From: Microthyrium microscopicum | Taxonomy: Eukaryota | NCBI GenBank assembly: GCA_010405405.1 | Contig: MU004233.1 | Location: 819,122-883,121, forward strand | Length of the DNA: 64,000 bases | Direction of reading: 5' to 3' | In this document: positions 11,918 through 24,844 of the stretch, piece by piece | Layout of the letters: each line of letters begins with the position of its first letter | Position numbering within the stretch: the stretch's first letter is position 1 | The notes under the pieces: model-generated | Seen by the model: only the letters and a program-made list of their open reading frames with translations | What the model was told of the DNA's origin: nothing | Database searches by the model: none | Translations under genes and position numbers: made by a program

Positions 11918-13688
11918 ATGCCTACAGTATATCTACTGGATTATGTGGCAGGTAACATACGGTCGCTGGTCAACGCAATCGAAAAGCTCGGATGGACTGT
12001 AGACTGGATCAAATCACCAGAAGATGTTGCAAAAGCTGATGTATGCCCAGTATCATTCAAACGAACACGATATTTACTAACCTCTTGACAGGCCCTGATT
12101 CTTCCCGGTGTTGGACACTTCGGTCACTGCTTATCTCAGTTCTCCTCTGCGGCATACCGAGAGCCAATCATTGCACACATCCAGGCTGGAAAACCATTTC
12201 TCGGAATCTGCGTAGGTCTACAGGCACTATTCGAAGGTTCAGAGGAAGATCCAGATGTACCTGGATTCGGCATTGCGAAAGGACGACTAAAGCGCTTCGA
12301 TGCGTCAACGAAAAGTGTACCACAAATTGGCTGGAACTCGGCCAAAACGAGCGTCAAATCTGACAATGGTGAGCCACTAAGTTTATATGGATTGAGTCCT
12401 AGCAGCAAGTACTATTACGTCCACTCATATGCAGTGCCATATCGGGAGGGCGAATTGGAGAAGGACGGCTGGATGGTAGCTACGGGCACATATGGCACTG
12501 AGACTTTTGTCGGCGCAATCGCAAAAGATAATATACTTGCTACGCAATTCCATCCGGAGAAAAGTGGTGCAGCTGGACTTAGGCTCATCAAGGCGTTCCT
12601 AGAGAAGCGGAAGTTGAGTCCATTATCACCTGAGTCAACCAACGCGTCCAAAGCAACATCAGCCACTGGGCTCACGAACAGAATCATCGCCTGCCTTGAC
12701 GTACGAACCAACGATGCTGGAGATCTCGTCGTCACGAAAGGAGACCAATACGATGTACGAGAAAAGTCTGATTCCGTCAGTGCTGGAGGGCAAGTACGTA
12801 ATCTGGGCAAACCTGTTGAGATGGCGCAGAAATACTACGAGCAAGGAGCTGATGAAGTCACATTCCTCAATATCACATCATTCAGAAATTGTCCGGTGAC
12901 AGACTTGCCAATGCTTGAGATTCTACGACGGACTTCGGAGACTGTGTTTGTGCCGTTGACGATAGGCGGTGGTATTCGCGATACGACGGATCCTGATGGC
13001 AGGGCTGTGAGTGCGCGCGAAATTGCTGGACTCTACTTTGCGTCAGGGGCAGATAAAGTCTCGATCGGGTCTGATGCTGTAAATGCTGCTGAGGAGTTAT
13101 ATGCTAATGGAGGTAAACCTACTGGCAAAACGCCGATAGAGACGATTTCGGCAGCATATGGAAACCAGGCGGTGGTGATCTCGGTGGATCCACGACGAGT
13201 ATACGTTACGTCGCCATCAGATACAACCCATCACACGATTCATACGAAATACCCTGGACCAAATGGCGAGGAGTACTGCTGGTACCAATGTACGGCAAAA
13301 GGTGGAAGAGAAGGGCGAGATGTGGATGTACGACAACTAGTCCAAGCAGTAGAAAAACTGGGTGCTGGGGAGATATTACTCAACTGCATAGATCGCGACG
13401 GATCAAATCGAGGCTTCGACCTTGAACTAATCCGCGATGTCAAAGAAGCCATCAAGATCCCCGTGATCGCCAGCAGCGGAGCCGGCAAACCAGCCCACTT
13501 TGCTGAAGTGTTCAGGGAAACTCACACAGATGCTGCTCTAGGCGCTGGAATGGTAAGAAGTGAAAGGTTGTTGGTGAAATTTGGCTAATATACACTAGTT
13601 CCACCGAGGAGAATTTACGGTGAAGCAAGTGAAGGATCATTTGCAGGAAGAGGGACTGTTGGTTCGACAGTTTGAGGCGGATATATGA
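11918..13688 (+). CDS. HIS7: Imidazole glycerol phosphate synthase HisHF (glutamine amidotransferase + cyclase)
   Basis: Exons 11918-12040, 12092-13552, 13599-13688; [63 protein letters not shown]. Confidence 0.96.
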
Positions 13689-13804
13689 TACAAAAAGGCT
13701 CGCTAAGCGAATTAATCAAAAGACCAATGCTTGCGGTAGAATCGCTATCATGCTCATCAAAGATACAAACGAAGGTACTGGCAGCTTGATAGTGCTTAGG
13801 CACC

Positions 13805-16312
13805 TTATACGGTGTAGTTGCGATCAATAAAGGTGTCTGCCACAGCCTTGCCCCGAGGCATCAATTCGGGTACAAGTGATGCCAGTTCTGGGCTGACGGC
13901 CTCCTCACTCTTGAGCGAGAGAACTGCAGCCTTTTGTGCAAATTCGACGCACTCTTCGACCGGGTCTCCTGTAGTGACCATGGCAGCCAGAAGAGCGCCT
14001 GCAAAGGTATCGCCAACTCCATTGACTGAGACAATATCCTTGTCTTTGACAAGTTCTGCAGGCCCGAAGAGACGCATATAAACACCACCAATGGCATCGT
14101 TTGTGATGACACCCTCGGCCGCCGACACCAGATGCTTTTGGAATTCTGGGTCATCCAGTCGCTCGTCGCCTTTATTAATTATCTGGGCAAGAAGTAATCC
14201 GTCGGGCCCAAGTGTCGTGATGATACATGGTATTAAAGGGAGAAGACCAATGGCAATTTGAGGAACACCCTGTTCAGCCAGACTCGAAGATGAGAAGCGC
14301 TCCAAGATCGACACGATTTCGCCTTCTGCGGCAAAATCGACAGCTGCAAACCAAGGCGACGATTGGTCAAGACTGCCGGTTTCCAAAGCTTTTCGATGCA
14401 TGGCCTGCAGCTCCATAATGTTGGGAGTTGTAATGTGCACCAAGTGATTCGGATATACCACCACTTCATCTGCATCAGGATTGATCAAGCGGCCTGCCTT
14501 TGCTTGGGAAACAGGCTCCGCGAGAACCTTGCAGTTAGACTGCTTTGCGCAGATAAGCCACCACAAATAAGTTTTAGCTGACCAGTTTGCGTCCACTGCT
14601 AGCCATTGACGCTTGGAACTTGCGAAAGCAGTTCTCCATCTTGATTCATTGCGCCGGGTTGTCCCCTGTTCCATAATTCTCATATCTGCCATGCCCACAA
14701 CCAAATTGTTGTCAAGTTTATTCGTCGCAACATATTGAGCAGTTCGCTTATGACTAGTTTCGATTATGCGAGATGTCGCCATGCCCATTGATTTCACAGC
14801 CGTCAACAGCATTTGGCCAGGTAAATCAGCTCCCACTAAAGTAGAGAGATGGGTGTTGACTTGTAACAAATGGGCCGCCTTGGCGATGTTGTAACCGACG
14901 CCGCCTGGTCTCTGCGTAATTATAGCAGGATTTGAGGTGTATTGTGCGACGTCTTGCATATCCTTCTGCGAATGGGGACGATGGTTACAAGAAGTATCCA
15001 TTGCTAACGAGCCAGCAACAATTATGTCAGGTTCTAATGGTGCGGTTTTCTCGATGTGCTTAGGTTGCGCATCAGATGCTGATGGGGGTATACTTGTGCC
15101 CAAGTAGGACTCTTGGAGAAGGAAACTTGATAGGTGGTTCAGCATCATGGTTTCATACAGGCGGATGTCATCTACCTTGTTTTCTTTTCTAGTTGCGGGT
15201 CTTGTTGGTATAGATTTTTTAGCTCCTTCGCTACGTTTGTTGCTCTGACAACATTGGAAATGATGAGGGCTCGGTTGGCTGGTATGCTTCGGGACTGTGT
15301 GATTTCCTTGATTTTGGCAAGGATGAATGGAGTATTTGCGTTTCCAGTTGCTCCAGCGGCATCGGCCTCTTCTATAGCTTGGGCAATGGCAAGGTCCATC
15401 TCTTCTTTGGGTATACTGGCTTCGATTGGGATTGGGTTGGCAAAATGCAGCCCAGTTTGGAGTTGCAACGCGAAATGGGCGTCTGCAATGATCAACAGCT
15501 TTCCTGGTAAGGTAAAAGACTTACTCACGAATTATCCGCGCTGCCTCTAGTTCATCTCGAACAACCGCTGGGCTTTTCAGGCCACTGTCTCTGCTCCAGA
15601 ACGCAGGAAAGTCGACATCACCTTCGCGTCCATCAGCAAAAGTTGCAACGGGAACCCCTTGAGTTTCAAGATACTCTAATGTCCTAGGCAGGTCCAGAAA
15701 CGCTTTACAGCCGCTGCTGATGACTGCAACGGGTACACAACCCAACGCTTTTAGATCAGCCGAGATATCCATGGAACTCTCGGCTCCTCTATGGACACCA
15801 CCTAAGCCACCTGTTGCAAAAACCTGGATGAAGGTGCGACGAGCCAGATCCATGGTACCGGCGATGGTAGTTCCGCCCGAGTATCGCTTTCCGTCAGCAG
15901 TTCGGGAGCCCAGTACAAGGGGCAAGTCCCTACTCGACACCTTGACAGTGTTTGGATCGCCGGCAGACGAGGCGAGGCGTATGAGCTCCTCAGGAGTCAA
16001 TCCAACTTTAGCTACGCCATCAATGATGCCTATGGTTGCTGGAACACCACCATTGACGCGAACTAAGGACTCCAGCTCAGAGGCGAGAGCTAGGTTCTCT
16101 GGGTATGGAAATCCATGGGTATAAATGGCGGATTCCAATGCCACAATCGGTTTTTGGCTGTCTACTGCATCTCGGACTTCCTCCGATACTTTAAGGTACT
16201 GGTTCTCGCGTCTGTCTAACACCGTACTGTAGCTTAGGTTGCGACGGGCAGATTTGTTGATGAAAGATCTCAAGCTGCAAGACCGAAAGACAGGCTGACA
16301 GCGAAAGAGCAT
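13805..16312 (-). CDS. Bifunctional pseudouridine-5'-phosphate glycosidase (PsuG/IndA) + PfkB-family pseudouridine kinase
   Basis: Three ORF segments joined by introns at about 15483-15528 and 15127-15175; VALESAIYTHG.PYP.N, FATGGLGGVHRG, DISADL and TPFIL (PsuG); GGVGYN and NGVGDTFAG (PfkB). Confidence 0.92.
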
Positions 16313-16993
16313 GTTTGAGGATCGCCTCTAACGCATTGTCGCAGTTCGAGCTTTCAGGAGGATTAGAGGACTTTGGATGGCATTAATACTGTTGAGTTGA
16401 AATGTTTATGGTTCAGAGCTTAGATTCTGGAGTACGAGCCGCAAGGGGGCTACAAAAGCAATGTCCGAGGGGGCCTCTATTCGTCCACTTCAACGACGTC
16501 TGTTCATTTTCTATTCATGGTTGGAGTTTATTAAGCGAAGTAACCCACAAGGTCAAAGCAAAACTGTATGTATCTATATCATCTAGGTCTGAGAACAGGT
16601 GCGAAGTATCATACAACATGCCATCTTGATGCTTCATGTCTTCTAGGTCGAAAGCTGCAGGTCAGCCATTGACAATTTGAGTGGCATCTCGACGCAACAA
16701 CTATGACGATTATTGAAGAATACAACCACCTTGACGTACCCCAGTCGACTTCAAATCAAACAGATTTATGGTGGGTGGCATGGTGGAGAATAGTTCCGAC
16801 ATTGAGCAGGATGCTCAGAGAACACAGTAGTGATGATGTTTGATGTCATGGAAACATAATATTCACATATATCTCGAAGCTTCTTAGAAAGTCCGATTTG
16901 TAATGATTACTCTAGGTACATTTTCTTCATTCATATCTCCTAGCAACAGATGCAAAGTTGCTGGAGAAATCGTGTTCCTACTCCTTTAGCATC

Positions 16994-17505
16994 CTAGTCC
17001 GCGACAGCAACAACCTCGATCTCAACCTTCATATCTGGCAAGCCCAATTTGGCTACCCCAATCTCTGTCCAAAGAGGTCTATGATCAGGAAAATGCTTCC
17101 TGAAAGCCTTCACCATCAACTCCGTCGTCTTCTCCCCCAGTGGGCAGTGGTAGGAGACAACCTTGTACGCCTGCCCAACCCCTTTGCTTGCTCCAGCGTT
17201 CTTGAGCGCGAGGTCTACGTTGGCGAAAGCGTTCTCAATCTGCTCTTCCTCTGATTCAGGAATTTGGGTTGCATCGGTTTCATCAGTGGACCGATTGAAG
17301 GGATCCTCTGAAGGTGGACCAGCTTGAGGCCAACCGCCTGGAGTCTTTGGTTAGCACAGGGAACTTCGAGGGTGTTTAATATGCCAAACTTACCTTGACC
17401 TGAGATTTCAATCCGATCACCAACTCTGACGGATTGGGACATGTGGACCTCTGTGGCCGCAAACTCGCCCCAGCCTGCGTAATCGAACAATTGGAATTTA
17501 GACAT
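16994..17505 (-). CDS. Rid/YjgF/YER057c/UK114 family protein
   Basis: Exons 17505-17394 and 17337-16994; SQSVRVGDRIEISGQGG, QIENAFANVDLAL, HRPLWTEIGVAKLGLPDMKVEIEVVA. Confidence 0.88.
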
Positions 17506-18069
17506 GATGATTGTGTGAGAGTATTGGAGTGTAGTAGTGGATGATTGTAATGTGTTTTTTTATTTTACTTCTCCATTTGCACAGTGAGCTGGGTTTATAT
17601 AGACCACCGGAACCAGCCATTCTCTCACTTGATGTCATAAATCTTTGGTAAGCACATAGTGGAGAAAGGGCATAGACGGGACGACTCAAAAGCCGAATTA
17701 GGAATCTAGCGAAAAGGACTTATTAGTGTTGAGAGCTACCACGCATCCTATCTCCTTAGACATTTCAAGGTAATTGAATAACAAGAAATGGATGATCGGA
17801 TAAATGCTGAAGATCGTCGGATAGACTTTGAAGAGTCCGACCGGCCACGGGATGATTCAGCATCGAGATATTGAAGATTAGGAATCCAGGAAAAGCCTAA
17901 CTCTTTGCAGATTAGCGCAGAGGGGCATCGAACGGGAAGCTAGCGGAGCCCACTAGTCCTCCGCTAGCCTAGCGTGAATATTTCTTGAACTTTTTCAACT
18001 TCAACCCTTTTTTGGTGATCCCCACCACTGATCAGGAAACTTCCAAAAACCAAGTAGGATCTCGTCGCC

Positions 18070-19468
18070 ATGGTATATACCTCTATCCCTCTATATTGCT
18101 ATAGATAACGTGCTAACCTCCGATCAGAAGATAAAAGCCCTCTCCCGGTCGACATCCTCAGTTCAAGCCCCCGGATCGTCCGTTCAACGCCAATCCCGCA
18201 ACTATGATCCTGCCCTCCATCCCTTTGAACGGGCACGAGAATACACTCGTGCTCTCAATGCCACAAAACTCGAGCGCATGTTCGCGAAGCCCTTCATAGC
18301 CTCGTTAGGAAGAGGCCACGTCGACGGCGTTTACCGAATATGCAACGACCCCACATCTCTCGAGAATTTCGCCAGCGGTTCAGGTGATGGCGTAGTCAAA
18401 GTCTGGAATCTCACCAGCCAAGAAGAAGTCTACCAAGTACAAGCACACGAAAACATCGTGAAAGGGCTCTGCTGGAGCCAAGAAAAGCGCCTCCTCTCCT
18501 GCGCCGCCGACAAAACCATCAAGATGTGGGACCCCTACAACACACCCACCAACAGTCCCCCGATCGCCAGCTGGAGCGGCAGAGAGCCATACACATCCAT
18601 ATCACACCACCGAACTCACCCCTCCTTCGCAGTCTGCTCCACTAACTCCATCCACATCCACGACACCACACGCCCAAACTCCAACCCCTCCTCCATCCTC
18701 GCCTGGCCCACCGCCGTCAACAGTCTCACCTCCGTCGCCTTCAACCCCACCGAAACCAGCCTCCTCGCCTCCTCCGCAACAGACCACACCATCGCCCTCT
18801 ACGATCTCCGCACCAGCTCCCCACTAACCCGCACCTCCCTCACATTCTCCTGCAATGCCCTCGCCTGGAATCCCATGGAAGCATTCAACCTCGCCGCCGC
18901 AAGCGAAGACCACAACATCTACCTGTTCGACACGCGGCACATGAAACGCGCCCTCAACGTCCTACGCGACCACGTCGCCGCCGTCATGGACGTGCACTGG
19001 AGTCCCACCGGCACACAGCTCGTCAGCGGATCCTATGATCGGACCGTACGTCTCTGGAACCGCGAAAAGGGGCACAGCAGAGACGTGTACCATACCAAGC
19101 GAATGCAGCGCGTCTTTTCATGCGCGTGGAGCGCAGACGATGGCTTTGTGCTAAGTGGTAGCGATGATGGTGATGTACGGCTTTGGCGTGCGACGGCGAG
19201 TGATAGACGGGGAATCAAGACGTTTGCGCAGAGAACGAAGGAGGAGTATGATGATGCGTTGAAGAAGAGATACGCGCATATGCCGGCGATCAAACGGATT
19301 GCGAGACATAGACACGTGCCGAAGAACGTCAAGAAGGCAGGCGAGATTAAGGGTGAGGAACTCAAGTCGCTGAAGCGGCGGGAAGAGAATGAGCGGAAAC
19401 ATACGCACAAGGGCAAGACGAAGCGGATGGCAGAGCGAGAGAAGATGGTTGCTGCGGTGGAAGAGTAG
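18070..19468 (+). CDS. SOF1: U3 snoRNP WD40 protein Sof1 / DCAF13
   Basis: ATG-only first coding exon (18070-18072) and intron 18073-18127 give MKIKALSR; RNYDPALHPFERAREYTRALNATKLERMFAKPF, WD repeats, YHTKRMQRVF, IARHRHVPK. Confidence 0.96.
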
Positions 19469-19632
19469 AACGATATGTCCACACAAAATTAGATACCCAC
19501 ACACCTAGTCATGCGAATGAAATTATATCATGCTTATTTCATTTCGCAAGCTAACACTACAATGGGTATTCTTGCTAGCTAAACCCTGTTGCTTCTTGAA
19601 GCTACTCCGGGAGGTTGTTGGTAATGCCAATG

Positions 19633-22053
19633 CTAAACACGACGGAAGAAGTAGATGTAAGCAAATTTCTTCATCTCTTCGATATCAGCCGCCTTGGCCA
19701 CCTTTTCATCGTTGAACAGAACCCAGCTTGGCTCACTCTCGCCTTGCACAGTCTTGCGAATGAAGGCGACATAATGACTAGGACTAGTTAGCACAACCCG
19801 AATAGATAATTGACGAAAGACTTACCCAGCATGAATCGACGACCCCTTGTGGCAAACAATGCTTTGCAGCTGATAGTTTGCCGGCGTCGCCTCACTACCA
19901 ACCTTCTTCTCCGCTGGCTTCTGTTCCTGTTGCGGTTGCGCATCATCACCGAAATCACCGATTGCATCTGGATGACTGAACAACCACTCAATTGCACGCT
20001 CCACACTGCTGCCAGTCTCCTTGAGCGCCTGTCTAGCTTGGGGCACACTAAAGCCCATACTGGTCAGTGCATCAATAGTCGCTGGGTCCACGGTCGCCGG
20101 GGCGCTGGCTGACTCGTCAGCCACGGGTGTATCAATGTCGGGATCGTCCATATGTTCGAAGAGCCAGTTAGACGCTGCTGTGGCATCCGTGTTTCCTGTG
20201 GCCTTGAGAGCCTTCTCGCAGCGTACTCGAGGAAAACCCATCTGTTCGAGGATCGCTAGTTCGGCCTCATTGGCAATGAATCTGTTGGTCGCTGCAGCGG
20301 GCGCGGTGTCTTCGGGAAGTAGCTCCTCATCAGACTTTGGACCAGAAGAGAGATATGTGTCGAAAGAGAATGGGGTGTCATCTACCACAACGGGCACGTC
20401 TTGCTTGGTAGGTACCCAGTTGACAACTTCGAAGCGGCGAGCATTGATGGCGAGAGTGGATGGGAGAGTTCGGAATTTCGAGGATTTGCTGAACTCCTTG
20501 TGAGAGCAGGATGGGCAGGTGAGTTCGACTATTTCTGGAGCCGTGAAGATGTCAAGACATTCTTTTAGAGTGACTGGTTCGAACTCTTCCTTTTCCTTTT
20601 CTTTTTGACCTTCGTCTGTCATCTGCACGTCCTTGTCCTTGGTGACACGCCGAATGGGCACGGGAATAGAAATGTTGTCTTGCTCCACGGTTGAGTATCG
20701 AACCTTTTTGCATTTCATACACTGCAGGCGCTGTTCCATGATGAACTGAAATGATACGGTCGGGTCGTATAATGGCGCAGGATGATTTGAACGAGTAATC
20801 AACTTCATAAGATGAAGGAGGAACTCGAAAGAGTCTTGCTGTCGCATTGTTGAGAACTCTGGATGGCCTTTGCCAGCAATAGCCTTGAGCATGGCCGGCC
20901 GAAGGCCTCTTTGATGTGGCACCTCAGTGGATTCTTCAGACACCGGGGCGTCACTGTCGGGTTTAGCATAGCGACCTGATAGTAAGCCATCAGCAAGCTT
21001 TCGCAGCTGTGTCTCGAGGTCCTCCGCTGGAATGTGCGCCGGTGGTGGCGTATCTTTGGGGAAGTAGTATCGCTTTTGGAATTCCGGAAACGAGAAGAGG
21101 GATTGGAAGACACTGTTCATATAACAGCTGTTTCCGAGATTTTTCAGTCCAGTAAAGCCTTCTCCAAACAATGGACGTAGCTCCTTGCCATCTTCTGTGA
21201 GCATAGAAAAGTCCCAGCGCATATTCTGCTCAATGTTCAGTTCTGTCAGGCTCTTTTCTGTCTTCTCTCGATTAGAAATATCGATTCCCCAATTTGCCAG
21301 ATGTGCTGTAAGCTCTGGGTCTAGGCGCTCGTCGTCGCAGGCGTAACAGTAGATGTCCGCAGTTCCATCAGCTGTCAGCGATCCTAATTTGACAGCTACA
21401 GGATGTGTTGAAGACTCTTTGTGAGAGAGAGCATGACCATTGCCACCCACTCCACCAAACTGAGCCCGGCCACAGGCAAGGTTGCCACACGTCAGACACA
21501 ACCACAAGTTCTCCTTGAGATCGCAAGACGAACATTGCCCTAGACCTTGTGCTTCGATCTGCCGTGACTTCTCTTGCTGTAGCAGCAGAATGTGTTCGCA
21601 ATTCGTCAACTCTTGCTCCCAAGCCTTGACTTCCTCCTGTCTCGCCGCCGTGCTTGCCTTGAGAATGCCATCCACAGTATCGCGAATCTTCTGACTCATG
21701 GGATCATCCACATTACAATCCACGCACCGTACGTGCGTAGCGGTGTTGTACTTGTCATCCTCGGTCTCAGCTGCTATAGCTAGTTTGGTCATCTTTGCGG
21801 GAGGTTCATTTCGATCGATGGGCTTGCGCGTACGCTTGATGTTGACGACTAGCGGGTGGCCAGTAGCTTCAGAATGAAGCAGACTATGGTTCCGCTCTCC
21901 AGCACATCCTCCATTGTAGCAGAAGAGGCAAACGTCGAGGCCTGCGGGACTGTCAATGCTATCGAAACATTGTGTACAGTCTTCACGGTAGACGTGAGAT
22001 GCGGGGGTAGGCTCGCGGAGGCGCGAATCGTCGATATGCTTGCACTCATCCAT
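19633..22053 (-). CDS. UBP14: Ubiquitin carboxyl-terminal hydrolase 14 (USP5/isopeptidase T type; ZnF-UBP + UCH + two UBA)
   Basis: [29 protein letters not shown], two UBA (MGF) motifs; [14 protein letters not shown] across intron 19778-19825; ends WVLFNDEKV...YIYFFRRV*. Confidence 0.96.
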
Positions 22054-22365
22054 GAAGGCAGCTGGGGACCACGAGAGGGTTTAATCAGAGAGCTTGGTGG
22101 GATATTAGAGATTGGATGAGCGTATGTGAGGTTTTGAGTGGCGCGAGTTGAAGCTTGGAGATGTAAAGAAATGGAGCAGGGAGAGCTCCAAGTTGAGTTG
22201 AAGACTGACGTTGGTGGGGCCAAAGCAAATGGGAAGGAGCAGACTTGCAGTGGCAGTGGCCAAAAAAATAAACATTCATGCACCAGGCAACAACCTTCTA
22301 TTTACGCTCACCGGTCAAACACGACTTCTATTGAGCTGTAAACTGTTCTTCCTCATAAATCAGAA

Positions 22366-22798
22366 ATGGCGCCTTCCACGCTGACTATCAATACAAACGC
22401 GCTTACACGTCTCGTGAAAGAGAAGCTTAGTTACATCAAAGAAGCTCAGCAACAAGAAGCCCGAATCAAGAAGCTCGAAGACAATCCAAACGACGAAAAT
22501 GCAGAGTATATGCTTGGACAAGAAGTAAGCCTAGCGTCCAGAGTTTGTAGCTTGTTCTAATGATATCAGCAACGAGGTCTAGATCAAACCAAGGCAGTTT
22601 CATTGTCTCTCCAAATCAAAATCAGCGAGGCTATTGGAACCTTACAACAACAGATTGTAAGACTACACTGTTGCCTATAACTGATCGAATACTTACATTG
22701 TTTAGGAGGCAGTAGAGAAGAGTGGTGATGGAGATGAGGCTGAACTTACCAAAGCTCGAGAGACATTGAAGACAGGAACAGATGCGATATCAGAATAG
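22366..22798 (+). CDS. RBL2: Tubulin-specific chaperone A (TBCA)
   Basis: Exons 22366-22524, 22570-22656, 22706-22798; MAPSTLTINTNALTRLVKE..Y.KE..QQ..RI..L....DENAEYML.QE pattern, about 113 aa helical protein. Confidence 0.85.
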
Positions 22799-22844
22799 TC
22801 TTGAATTAGCATTAAATTGCCCAACTTGAAGCAAAATACCACTA

Positions 22845-23849
22845 TCAAGCTTCACCCATCTGTTCATCTTCCTCTGCTTCACCTTCTTCCATCTCTGATG
22901 TGATGTTCGTATGCGCAGCCGGTGTTTCTGCATTAACCTCGCCCATCTCCACATCTCCCTCGTCGTTCTTCCCCTCTGACCGTCCCGATGGCGACCCCTT
23001 TCTGAAAGATGGCGGCACCAATCGATCAGCATCTAAACCATCATCACCCGGCATAGGCGTACTGCCGCCAAAAGCAGGCGTACCCACAGCACTAACCGCC
23101 CCTCTCGCCGTCGAACCCGCATCACCCTCCTCCTCACCACCATCCATACCCTCCTTCCGCTCCGCCTCCTCCTTCTCATCCTTAATCAACCTCAACATCT
23201 GCCGTCCCTCGCCCACAATGCGCCCAAACTGTTCCCGCCGCTCCGCCCACGTGCGCTTATACTCCGCCGCCTCCATCTCCAGCTCCGCAATCTCACCCGC
23301 CAACTTATCCAACTGCACCGCCTGATCGTCGCGCGTCCTTAACATCCGATTACTCGTAATCTTGTCTGCTAGCACATCATATTCCTTGCGCAGCGCAAGT
23401 TGTTGGCGCGCATCCGCGAGACGTTCGTGGAGAGCAGTGGTGTTTGAGCGGATGCGTGAGGCGGTCGCGAGGATGGTGTCTTTGGAGGCGGCGTAGCGGG
23501 CGCATTCGAGCGCGTTGGAGCGGCGGAGGAGTTGGATGCGCACCATGCTGCTTTGGAGGAGGGAGAGCTCGAGGAGCATTTCGTCGCGCCATTGAGTGCG
23601 GATTTCGGCGAGGGATGGCTCGGTGGTGGTGGTGCCGTTGGGGAGTGGACTGGTGGTGTGTTTGAAGACGGTGGATGCTGGGGTGAAGAGTTTATCTATG
23701 GGGCGGCGGAGGACGCGTTGTTCGACTGGGAGGAGGCGATCGCGGTGGAAGGAGTCTATAGATGTCAATATATAGGAGTCAATGGTGGATAGGATACACG
23801 TACTTTCGTCTTCAACGTCCATGAGCACGGAATAGGTTGGCGAGGCCAT
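22845..23849 (-). CDS. THOC7: THO complex subunit 7 / Mft1-like protein
   Basis: RLLPVEQR.LRR, N..E..RY, long coiled coil with RKEYD.LA.KI, W.ERR.QF..I; probable 48-nt in-frame intron 23756-23803. Confidence 0.8.
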   Translation of the reverse strand: MASPTYSVLMDVEDESTCILSTIDSYILTSIDSFHRDRLLPVEQRVLRRPIDKLFTPASTVFKHTTSPLPNGTTTTEPSLAEIRTQWRDEMLLELSLLQSSMVRIQLLRRSNALECARYAASKDTILATASRIRSNTTALHERLADARQQLALRKEYDVLADKITSNRMLRTRDDQAVQLDKLAGEIAELEMEAAEYKRTWAERREQFGRIVGEGRQMLRLIKDEKEEAERKEGMDGGEEEGDAGSTARGAVSAVGTPAFGGSTPMPGDDGLDADRLVPPSFRKGSPSGRSEGKNDEGDVEMGEVNAETPAAHTNITSEMEEGEAEEDEQMGEA

Positions 23850-24844
23850 TGTTATGGATGGTTTGACTTATATCTTCTGGTTGGTCGGTTGATATTGTTT
23901 GTTTGATGGCTCCAGAGTCCAGAAGGGAAGAGGTTGTTGCAGGTAGTTGACAGCAAGCAAAGCGTAAAGCTAGATATCAAACTATGGCTTGTAGACATTC
24001 GAGGTGCCAGAGAAGTAAAGTTTGAGGCTTAGTAAGCTGAGGCTCAAAAGAGCTCGGTCCCAACCTCCAACTTCATTATCCACCTTCCTCCAACTTCACC
24101 TCGATGCGCACTCCTATCGGTTACATGTCTTCCATCACAAAGCAAGACAAAAAGATGCTCCATACCCTGGCGCATTTCACGGACTGTCAGGAGGCTTTGC
24201 GCGTTCAGTTGGGATCATGCCTAGCCGATGGCAGACATTGTACTTGATCGGCGCGTGCCATATATTTCAGAAGCCCGTGGACAATTCTCTCCAGCTTGAG
24301 GGTAGTTGCACCGAGTACATAAGGACTTAGTACATAAGCACTTCACCTCATATCGTCTCTCCGCCCAATACGGTTGCGGGAGAACGAGCCAATTCAGAAC
24401 CGGGATCACACGGTAGGCTGGTAGGCTGTTCGTGCATGTGGACAAAATAAGTGAGCCGCGATTGCGATGGCTACCATAACACTTCTTAAAGGGTGATTGC
24501 TTTAATTCCTATCAGCGTCGTAAAATTTACATCTGATTATCAAATATGATGGCAATTAGAGCAGCCACTCTATAAGAAGTGTTATGGCAGCCATTGCAGT
24601 CGATGGGATTAGTCGTCGAAACAGCTCACTTATTCTGTCCGTCGAGAGGTAGGATTCATGGTGGCAGAGCTACAGTAATGGAATTGGTGATTACGACCGG
24701 AAAAAAAGTATAAACAAACGTCACCAGACTCGCACACAAGAACAATCTTCTGTCCTTTGATATAGCTACCAGCCGTTGCACCTCAATACTCAACCTTTGC
24801 TTGATACTGGCCCCATAGTTTCCAAAGTCCAGTCATTCCGACTA

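Noticed and set aside
8443..17505. Possible secondary-metabolite cluster around the FAD oxidase and IndA-like gene
   Set aside because: No PKS, NRPS or terpene synthase present; neighbours are housekeeping genes, and the IndA-like gene is the standard pseudouridine enzyme
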